Program-made: the position numbers and the translations under genes
The notes under the pieces: generated by a model
Told to the model about the DNA's origin: nothing
Seen by the model: only the letters and a program-made list of their open reading frames with translations
Databases searched by the model: none
Shown here: one piece after another, positions 1-10,469 of the stretch
Numbering within the stretch: the stretch's first letter is position 1
How the letters are laid out: each line of letters opens with the position of its first letter
Assembly (NCBI GenBank): GCA_964016885.1
Contig: OZ024764.1
Location: forward strand, 28,334,001-28,398,000
Length of the DNA stretch: 64,000 nucleotides
Reading direction: 5' to 3'
Source of the DNA: Eledone cirrhosa
Taxonomy: Eukaryota

Positions 1-160
1 CAGCACTTCTAAGTGCTGCTTTGTGCAGGTCATAGAAGAGCGTATATATTTTTGTGGGACAGCCCGTTGTCGCCTCTATTCAGCACTTCTAAATGCTGCT
101 TTTTGCAGGTCATAGAAGAGCGTATACATTTTTGTGGGACAGCCAGTTGTCGCCTCCTTA

Positions 161-2482
161 CAGCACTTCTAAATGCTGTTTTGTGCAGGTCATCGAAGAG
201 CGTATACATTTTTATGGGACAGCCCGTTGTTGCCACTATTCAGCACTTCTAAATGCTGTTTTGTGCCGGTCATAGAAGAGCGTATACATTTTTGTGGGAC
301 AGCCCGTTGTCGCCTCTATTCAGCACTTCTACATGCTGTTTTGGGCAGGTCATCGAAGAGCGTATACATTTTTGTGGGACAGCCCGTTGTCGCCTCCCTA
401 CAGCACTTCTAAGTGCTGCTTTGAGCAGGTCATAGAAGAGCGTATACATTTTTGTGGGACAGCCCGTTGTCGCCTCTATTCAGCACTTCTAAATGCTGCT
501 TTTTGCAGGTCATAGAAGAGCGTATACATTTTTGTGGGACAGCTCATTGTCGCCTCCTTTCAGCACTTCTAAATGCTGCTTTGTGCAGGTCATCGAAGAG
601 CGTATACATTTTTGTGGGACAGCCCGTTATCGCCTCTATTCAGCACTTGTAAATGCTGCTTTTTGCAGGTCATAGAAGAGCGTATACATTTTTGTGGGAC
701 AGCCCGTTGTCGCCTCCCTACAGCACTTCTAAGTGCTGCTTTGTGCAGGTCATAGAAGAGCGTATATATTTTTGTGGGACAGCCCGTTGTCGCCTCTATT
801 CAGCACTTCTAAATGCTGCTTTTTGCAGGTCATAGAAGAGCGTATACATTTTTGTGGGACAGCCAGTTGTCGCCTCCTTACAGCACTTCTAAATGCTGTT
901 TTGTGCAGGTCATCGAAGAGCGTATACATTTTTGTGGGACAGCCTGTTGTCGCCACTATTCAGCACTTCTAAATGCTGTTTTGTGCAGGTCATCGAAGAG
1001 CGTATACATTTTTATGGGACAGCCCGTTGTTGCCACTATTCAGCACTTCTAAATGCTGTTTTGTGCCGGTCATAGAAGAGCGTATACATTTTTGTGGGAC
1101 AGCCCGTTGTCGCCTCTATTCAGCACTTCTACATGCTGTTTTGGGCAGGTCATCGAAGAGCGTATACATTTTTGTGGGACAGCCCGTTGTCGCCTCCCTA
1201 CAGCACTTCTAAGTGCTGCTTTGTGCAGGTCATCGAAGAGCGTATACATTTTTGTGGGACAGCCCGTTGTCGCCTCCCTACAGCACTTCTAAGTGCTGCT
1301 TTGTGCAGGTCATCGAAGAGCGTATACATTTTTATGGGACAGCCCGTTGTTGCCACTATTCAGCACTTCTAAATGCTGTTTTGTGCAGGTCATCGAAGAG
1401 CGTATACATTTTTATGGGACAGCCCGTTGTTGCCACTATTCAGCACTTCTAAATGCTGCTTTTTGCAGGTCATAGAAGAGCGTATACATTTTTGTGGGAC
1501 AGCCAGTTGTCGCCTCCTTACAGCACTTCTAAATGCTGTTTTGGGCAGGTCATAGAAGAGCGTATACATTTTTGTGGGACAGCCCGTTGTCGCCACTATT
1601 CAGCACTTCTAAATGCTGTTTTGTGCAGGTCATCGAAGAGCGTATACATTTTTATGGGACAGCCCGTTGTTGCCACTATTCAGCACTTCTAAATGCTGTT
1701 TTGCGCAGGTCATCGAAGAGCGTATACATTTTTGTGGGACAGCCCGTTGTCGCCTCCCTACAGCACTTCTAAGTGCTGCTTTGTGCAGGTCATCGAAGAG
1801 CGTATACATTTTTGTGGGACAGCCCGTTGTCGCTTCCCTACAGCACTTCTAAGTGCTGCTTTGTGCAGCTCATAGAAGAGCGTATACATTTTTGTGGGAC
1901 AGCCCGTTGTCGCCTCTATTCAGCACTTCTAAATGCTGCTTTGTGCAGGTCGTAGAAGAGCATATACATTTTTGTGGGACAGCCCATTGTCGCCTCTATT
2001 CAGCACTGCTAAATGCTGTTTTGTGCAGGTCATAGAAGAGCGTATACATTTTTGTGGGACAGCCCGTTGTCGCCACTATTCAGCACTTCTAAATGCAGTT
2101 TTGTGCAGGTCATCGAAGAGCGTATACATTTTTATGGGACAGCCCGTTGTCGCCACTATTCAGCACTTCTAAATGCTGTTTTATGCAGGTCATACAAGAG
2201 CGTATACATTTTTGTGGGACAGCTCGTTGTCGCCTCCTTTCAGCACTTCTAAATGCTGCTTTGTGCAGGTCATTGAAGAGCGTATACATTTTTGTGGGAC
2301 AGCCCGTTGTCGCCTCTATTCAGCACTCCTAAATGCTGTTTTATGCAGGTCATACAAGAGCGTATACATTTTTATGGGACAGCCCGTTGTCGCCTTTATT
2401 CAGCACTTGCAAATGCTGTTTTGTGCATGTCATCGAAGAGCGTATACATTTTTGTGGGACAGCCCGTTGTCGCCTCCCTACA
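161..2482. repeat. 2.3-kb block duplicated at 8148-10469 (offset 7,987 bp = 100 monomers)
   Basis: Identical variant order, including rare GCCTGTT (~942/8929) and CATTGAAG (2271/10258). Confidence 0.9.
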
Positions 2483-3202
2483 GCACTTCTAAGTGCTGCT
2501 TTGTGCAGGTCATCGAAGAGCGTATACATTTTTGTGGGACAACCCGTTGTCGCTTCCCTACAGCACTTCTAAGTGCTGCTTTGTGCAGCTCATAGAAGAG
2601 CGTATACATTTTTGTGGGACAGCCCGTTGTCGCCTCTATTCAGCACTTCTAAATGCTGCTTTGTGCAGGTCGTAGAAGAGCATATACATTTTTGTGGGAC
2701 AGCCCATTGTCGCCTCTATTCAGCACTGCTAAATGCTGTTTTGTGCAGGTCATAGAAGAGCGTATACATTTTTGTGGGACAGCCCGTTGTCGCCACTATT
2801 CAGCACTTCTAAATGCAGTTTTGTGCAGGTCATCGAAGAGCGTATACATTTTTATGGGACAGCCCGTTGTCGCCACTATTCAGCACTTCTAAATGCTGTT
2901 TTATGCAGGTCATACAAGAGCGTATACATTTTTGTGGGACAGCTCGTTGTCGCCTCCTTTCAGCACTTCTAAATGCTGCTTTGTGCAGGTCATCGAAGAG
3001 CGTATACATTTTTGTGGGACAGCCCGTTGTCGCCTCTATTCAGCACTCCTAAATGCTGTTTTATGCAGGTCATACAAGAGCGTATACATTTTTATGGGAC
3101 AGCCCGTTGTCGCCTTTATTCAGCACTTGCAAATGCTGTTTTGTGCATGTCATCGAAGAGCGTATACATTTTTGTGGGACAGCCCGTTGTCGCCTCCCTA
3201 CA
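1709..3202. repeat. Tandem 9-mer (720 bp) duplication
   Basis: CGTAGAAGAGCAT 1951/2671, AAATGCAG 2091/2811 and GCATGT ~2425/3145 recur at offset 720. The copies differ at ~2274 and ~2542. Confidence 0.92.
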
Positions 3203-3559
3203 CCACTTCTAAGTGGTTTTGTGCAGGTCATAGAAGAGCGTATACATTTTTGTGGGACAGCCCGTTGTCGCCTTTATTCAGCACTTCTAAATGCTGTTTT
3301 GGGCAGGTCATAGAAGAGCGTATACATTTTTGTGGGACAGCCCGTTGTCGCCTTTATTCAGCACTTCTAAATGCTGTTTTGGGCAGGTCATAGAAGAGTG
3401 TATACATTTTTGTGGGACAGCTCGTTGTCGCCTCCTTTCAGAACTTCTAAATGCTGCTTTGTGCAGGTCATCGAAGAGCGCATACATTTTTGTGGGACAG
3501 CCCTTTGCCGCCTCTATTCAGAACTTCTAAATGCTGTTTGGGCAGGTCATAGAAGAGCG

Positions 3560-4410
3560 TATACATTTTTGTGGGACAGCCCGTTGTCGCCTCCTTACAG
3601 CACTTCTAAATGCTGTTTTGTGCAGGTCATCGAAGAGCGTATACATTTTTGTGGGACAGCTTTTTGACGCCTCTATTCAGCACTTCTAAATGCTGTTTTA
3701 TGCAGGTCATCGAAGAGGGTATACATTTTTGTGGGACAGCCCGTTGTCGCCTCTATTCAGCACTTCTAAATGCTGTTTTATGCAGGTCATCGAAGAGCGT
3801 ATACATTTTTGTGGGACAGCTCGTTGTTGCCTCCTTTCAGCACTTCTAAATGCTGCTTTGTGCAGGTCATCGAAGAGCGTATACATTTTTGTGGGACAGC
3901 CCTTTGCCGCCTCTATTCAGCACTTCTAAATGCTGCTTTGTGCAGGTCATAGAAGAGCGTATACATTTTTGTGGGACAGCCCGTTGTCGCCTCCTTACAG
4001 CACTTCTAAATGCTGTTTTGTGCAGGTCATCGAAGAGCGTATACATTTTTGTGGGACAGCTTTTTGACGCCTCTATTCAGCACTTCTAAATGCTGTTTTA
4101 TGCAGGTCATCGAAGAGCGTATACATTTTTGTGGGACAGCCCGTTGTCGCCTCTATTCAGCACTTCTAAATGCTGTTTTATGCAGGTCATCGAAGAGCGT
4201 ATACATTTTTGTGGGACAGCTCGTTGTTGCCTCCTTTCAGCACTTCTAAATGCTGCTTTGTGCAGGTCATCGAAGAGCGTATACATTTTTGTGGGACAGC
4301 CCTTTGCCGCCTCTATTCAGCACTTCTAAATGCTGCTTTGTGCAGGTCATAGAAGAGTGTATACATTTTTGTGGGACAGCCCGTTGTCGCCTCCTTACAG
4401 CACTTCTAAA
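3560..4410. repeat. Tandem 5-mer (400 bp) duplication carried within the higher-order unit
   Basis: The CTTTTTGACG monomer occurs at 3660 and 4060. The same 400-bp doublet recurs near 16.6, 29.5, 32.6, 39.5, 54.6 and 63.1 kb. Confidence 0.88.
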
Positions 4411-7400
4411 TGCTGTTTTGTGCAGGTCATCGAAGAGCGTATACATTTTTGTGGGACAGCCCTTTGTCGCCTCTATTCAGCACGTCTAAATGCTGTTTTG
4501 GGCAGGTCATAGAAGAGTGTATACATTTTTGTGGGACAGCCCTTTGCCGCCTATATTCAGCACTCCTAAATGCTGTTTTGGGCAGGTCATAGAAGAGCGT
4601 ATACATTTTTGTGGGACAGCCCGTTGTCGCCTTTATTCATCACTTGTAAATGCTGTTTTGTGCAGCTCATAGAAGAGCGTATACATTTTTGTGGGACAGC
4701 CCTTTGTCGCCTCCCTACACCACTTCTAAGTGCTGCTTTGTGCAGGTCATCGAAGAGCGTATACATTTTTGTGGAACAGCCCGTTGTCGCCTCCCTACAG
4801 CACTTCTAAGTGCTGCTTTGAGCAGGTCATAGAAGAGTGTATACATTTTTGTGGGACAGCCCGTTGTCGCCTCTATTCAGCACTTCTAAATGCTGCTTTT
4901 TGCAGGTCATAGAAGAGCGTATACATTTTTGTGGGACAGCTCATTGTCGCCTCCTTTCAGCACTTCTAAATGCTGCTTTGTGCAGGTCATCGAAGAGCGT
5001 ATACATTTTTGTGGGACAGCCCGTTATCGCCTCTATTCAGCACTTGTAAATGCTGCTTTTTGCAGGTCATAGAAGAGCGTATACATTTTTGTGGGACAGC
5101 CCGTTGTCGCCTCCCTACAGCACTTCTAAGTGCTGCTTTGTGCAGGTCATAGAAGAGCGTATATATTTTTGTGGGACAGCCCGTTGTCGCCTCTATTCAG
5201 CACTTCTAAATGCTGCTTTTTGCAGGTCATAGAAGAGCGTATACATTTTTGTGGGACAGCCAGTTGTCGCCTCCTTACAGCACTTCTAAATGCTGTTTTG
5301 TGCAGGTCATCGAAGAGCGTATACATTTTTGTGGGACAGCCCGTTGTCGCCACTATTCAGCACTTCTAAATGCTGTTTTGTGCAGGTCATCGAAGAGCGT
5401 ATACATTTTTATGGGACAGCCCGTTGTTGCCACTATTCAGCACTTCTAAATGCTGTTTTGTGCCGGTCATAGAAGAGCGTATACATTTTTGTGGGACAGC
5501 CCGTTGTCGCCTCTATTCAGCACTTCTACATGCTATTTTGGGCAGGTCATCGAAGAGCGTATACATTTTTGTGGGACAGCCCGTTGTCGCCTCCCTACAG
5601 CACTTCTAAGTGCTGCTTTGTGCAGGTCATCGAAGAGCGTATACATTTTTGTGGGACAGCCCGTTGTCGCTTCCCTACAGCACTTCTAAGTGCTGCTTTG
5701 TGCAGCTCATAGAAGAGTGTATACATTTTTGTGGGACAGCCCGTTGTCGCCTCTATTCAGCACTTCTAAATGCTGTTTTGTGCAGGTAATAGAAGAGCGT
5801 ATACATTTTTGTGGGACAGCCCGTTGTCGCCTCTATTCATCACTTCTAAATGCTGTTTTATGCAGGACATACAAGAGCGTATACATTTTTGTGGGACAGC
5901 CCATTGTCGCCTCTATTCAGCACTTCTAAATGCTGTTTTATGCAGGTCATACAAGAGCGTATACATTTTTATGGGACAGCCCGTTGTTGCCACTATTCAG
6001 CACTTCTAAATGCTGTTTTGTGCCGGTCATACAAGAGCGTATATATTTTTGTGGGACAGCTCGTTGTCGCCACTTCTAAATGCTGTTTTGTGCCGGTCAT
6101 AGAAGAGCGTATACATTTTTGTGGGACAGCCCATTGTCGCCTCTATTCAGCACTTCTAAATGCTGTTTTGTGCAGGTCATCGAAGAGCGTATACATTTTT
6201 GTGGGACAGCCCATTGTCGCCTCTATTCAGCACTGCTAAATGCTGTTTTGTGCAGGTCATAGAAGAGCGTATACATTTTTGTGGGACAGCCCGTTGTCGC
6301 CACTATTCAGCACTTCTAAATGCAGTTTTGTGCAGGTCATCAAAGAGCGTATACATTTTTATGGGACAGCCCGTTGTCGCCACTATTCAGCACTTCTAAA
6401 TGCTGTTTTATGCAGGTCATACAAGAGCGTATACATTTTTGTGGGACAGCCCGTTGTCGCCTCCTTACAGCACTTCTAAATGCTGTTTTGTGCAGGTCAT
6501 CGAAGAGCGTATACATTTTTGTGGGACAGCTTTTTGACGCCTCTATTCAGCACTTCTAAATGCTGTTTTATGCAGGTCATCGAAGAGGGTATACATTTTT
6601 GTGGGACAGCCGGTTGTCGCCTCTATTCAGCACTTCTAAATGCTGTTTTATGCAGGTCATCGAAGAGCGTATACATTTTTGTGGGACAGCTCGTTGTTGC
6701 CTCCTTTCAGCACTTCTAAATGCTGTTTTGTGCAGGTCATCGAAGAGCGTATACATTTTTGTGGGACAGCTTTTTGACGCCTCTATTCAGCACTTCTAAA
6801 TGCTGCTTTGTGCAGGTCATCGAAGAGCGTATACATTTTTGTGGGACAGCCCGTTGTCGCCTCCTTACAGCACTTGCAAATGCTGTTTTGTGCAGGTCAT
6901 AGAAGAGTGTATACATTTTTGTGGGACAGCTCGTTGTCGCCTCCTTTCAGCACTTCTAAATGCTGCTTTGTGCAGGTCATCGAAGAGCGCATACATTTTT
7001 GTGGGACAGCCCTTTGCCGCCTCTATTCAGCACTTCTAAATGCTGTTTTGGGCAGGTCATAGAAGAGCGTATACATTTTTGTGGGACAGCCCGTTGTCGC
7101 CTCCTTACAGCACTCCTAAATGCTGTTTTGTGCAGGTCATCGAAGAGCGTATACATTTTTGTGGGACAGCTTTTTGACGCCTCTATTCAGCACTTCTAAA
7201 TGCTGTTTTATGCAGGTCATCGAAGAGCGTATACATTTTTGTGGGACAGCCCGTTGTCGCCTCTATTCAGCACTTCTAAATGCTGTTTTATGCAGGTCAT
7301 CGAAGAGCGTATACATTTTTGTGGGACAGCTCGTTGTTGCCTCCTTTCAGCACTTCTAAATGCTGCTTTGTGCAGGTCATCGAAGAGCGTATACATTTTT

Positions 7401-8147
7401 GTGGGACAGCCCTTTGCCGCCTCTATTCAGCACTTCTAAATGCTGCTTTGTGCAGGTCATAGAAGAGTGTATACATTTTTGTGGGACAGCCCGTTGTCGC
7501 CTCCTTACAGCACTTCTAAATGCTGTTTTGTGCAGGTCATCGAAGAGCGTATACATTTTTGTGGGACAGCCCTTTGTCGCCTCTATTCAGCACGTCTAAA
7601 TGCTGTTTTGGGCAGGTCATAGAAGAGTGTATACATTTTTGTGGGACAGCCCTTTGCCGCCTATATTCAGCACTCCTAAATGCTGTTTTGGGCAGGTCAT
7701 AGAAGAGCGTATACATTTTTGTGGGACAGCCCGTTGTCGCCTTTATTCAGCACTTGTAAATGCTGTTTTGTGCAGCTCATCGAAGAGCGTATACATTTTT
7801 GTGGGACAGCCCGTTGTCGCCTCCCTACAGCACTTCTAAGTGCTGCTTTGAGCAGGTCATAGAAGAGCGTATACATTTTTGTGGGACAGCCCGTTGTCGC
7901 CTCTATTCAGCACTCCTAAATGCTGTTTTATGCAGGTCATACAAGAGTGTATACATTTTTATGGGACAGCCCGTTGTCGCCTTTATTCAGCACTTGCAAA
8001 TGCTGTTTTGTGCATGTCATCGAAGAGCGTATACATTTTTGTGGGACAGCCCGTTGTCGCCTCTATTCAGCACTTCTACATGCTGTTTTGGGCAGGTCAT
8101 AGAAGAGCGTATACATTTTTGTGGGACAGCCCGTTGTCGCCACTATT

Positions 8148-10469
8148 CAGCACTTCTAAATGCTGTTTTGTGCAGGTCATCGAAGAGCGTATACATTTTT
8201 ATGGGACAGCCCGTTGTTGCCACTATTCAGCACTTCTAAATGCTGTTTTGTGCCGGTCATAGAAGAGCGTATACATTTTTGTGGGACAGCCCGTTGTCGC
8301 CTCTATTCAGCACTTCTACATGCTGTTTTGGGCAGGTCATCGAAGAGCGTATACATTTTTGTGGGACAGCCCGTTGTCGCCTCCCTACAGCACTTCTAAG
8401 TGCTGCTTTGAGCAGGTCATAGAAGAGCGTATACATTTTTGTGGGACAGCCCGTTGTCGCCTCTATTCAGCACTTCTAAATGCTGCTTTTTGCAGGTCAT
8501 AGAAGAGCGTATACATTTTTGTGGGACAGCTCATTGTCGCCTCCTTTCAGCACTTCTAAATGCTGCTTTGTGCAGGTCATCGAAGAGCGTATACATTTTT
8601 GTGGGACAGCCCGTTATCGCCTCTATTCAGCACTTGTAAATGCTGCTTTTTGCAGGTCATAGAAGAGCGTATACATTTTTGTGGGACAGCCCGTTGTCGC
8701 CTCCCTACAGCACTTCTAAGTGCTGCTTTGTGCAGGTCATAGAAGAGCGTATATATTTTTGTGGGACAGCCCGTTGTCGCCTCTATTCAGCACTTCTAAA
8801 TGCTGCTTTTTGCAGGTCATAGAAGAGCGTATACATTTTTGTGGGACAGCCAGTTGTCGCCTCCTTACAGCACTTCTAAATGCTGTTTTGTGCAGGTCAT
8901 CGAAGAGCGTATACATTTTTGTGGGACAGCCTGTTGTCGCCACTATTCAGCACTTCTAAATGCTGTTTTGTGCAGGTCATCGAAGAGCGTATACATTTTT
9001 ATGGGACAGCCCGTTGTTGCCACTATTCAGCACTTCTAAATGCTGTTTTGTGCCGGTCATAGAAGAGCGTATACATTTTTGTGGGACAGCCCGTTGTCGC
9101 CTCTATTCAGCACTTCTACATGCTGTTTTGGGCAGGTCATCGAAGAGCGTATACATTTTTGTGGGACAGCCCGTTGTCGCCTCCCTACAGCACTTCTAAG
9201 TGCTGCTTTGTGCAGGTCATCGAAGAGCGTATACATTTTTGTGGGACAGCCCGTTGTCGCCTCCCTACAGCACTTCTAAGTGCTGCTTTGTGCAGGTCAT
9301 CGAAGAGCGTATACATTTTTATGGGACAGCCCGTTGTTGCCACTATTCAGCACTTCTAAATGCTGTTTTGTGCAGGTCATCGAAGAGCGTATACATTTTT
9401 ATGGGACAGCCCGTTGTTGCCACTATTCAGCACTTCTAAATGCTGCTTTTTGCAGGTCATAGAAGAGCGTATACATTTTTGTGGGACAGCCAGTTGTCGC
9501 CTCCTTACAGCACTTCTAAATGCTGTTTTGGGCAGGTCATAGAAGAGCGTATACATTTTTGTGGGACAGCCCGTTGTCGCCACTATTCAGCACTTCTAAA
9601 TGCTGTTTTGTGCAGGTCATCGAAGAGCGTATACATTTTTATGGGACAGCCCGTTGTTGCCACTATTCAGCACTTCTAAATGCTGTTTTGCGCAGGTCAT
9701 CGAAGAGCGTATACATTTTTGTGGGACAGCCCGTTGTCGCCTCCCTACAGCACTTCTAAGTGCTGCTTTGTGCAGGTCATCGAAGAGCGTATACATTTTT
9801 GTGGGACAGCCCGTTGTCGCTTCCCTACAGCACTTCTAAGTGCTGCTTTGTGCAGCTCATAGAAGAGCGTATACATTTTTGTGGGACAGCCCGTTGTCGC
9901 CTCTATTCAGCACTTCTAAATGCTGCTTTGTGCAGGTCGTAGAAGAGCATATACATTTTTGTGGGACAGCCCATTGTCGCCTCTATTCAGCACTGCTAAA
10001 TGCTGTTTTGTGCAGGTCATAGAAGAGCGTATACATTTTTGTGGGACAGCCCGTTGTCGCCACTATTCAGCACTTCTAAATGCAGTTTTGTGCAGGTCAT
10101 CGAAGAGCGTATACATTTTTATGGGACAGCCCGTTGTCGCCACTATTCAGCACTTCTAAATGCTGTTTTATGCAGGTCATACAAGAGCGTATACATTTTT
10201 GTGGGACAGCTCGTTGTCGCCTCCTTTCAGCACTTCTAAATGCTGCTTTGTGCAGGTCATTGAAGAGCGTATACATTTTTGTGGGACAGCCCGTTGTCGC
10301 CTCTATTCAGCACTCCTAAATGCTGTTTTATGCAGGTCATACAAGAGCGTATACATTTTTATGGGACAGCCCGTTGTCGCCTTTATTCAGCACTTGCAAA
10401 TGCTGTTTTGTGCATGTCATCGAAGAGCGTATACATTTTTGTGGGACAGCCCGTTGTCGCCTCCCTACA
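8148..10469. repeat. Second copy of the 161-2482 block
   Basis: Same markers at offset 7987. It continues directly into the 78-bp monomer and so lacks the 720-bp duplication seen at 1709-3202. Confidence 0.9.

Noticed and set aside
19-62. Internal subrepeat (TTTTGTG-CAG vs TTTTGTGGGACAG, both varying to TTTTATG)
   Set aside because: Similarity is limited to about 7-10 bp at 31-bp spacing, which is insufficient to claim origin from a 40-bp ancestor.
30-75. CENP-B box (minus strand contains TTCG and AACGGG)
   Set aside because: The two half-motifs are not in the required TTCG-N4-A-N2-CGGG arrangement.
1-80. tRNA-, 5S- or SINE-derived tandem gene (tRNA-like length)
   Set aside because: No cloverleaf and no convincing A/B box (GTTCRA) on either strand.
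1-160. 160-bp dimeric (A/B alternating) unit
   Set aside because: No strict alternation of monomer classes is visible. Duplication sizes include odd numbers of monomers (3, 5, 9, 23, 63, 87).
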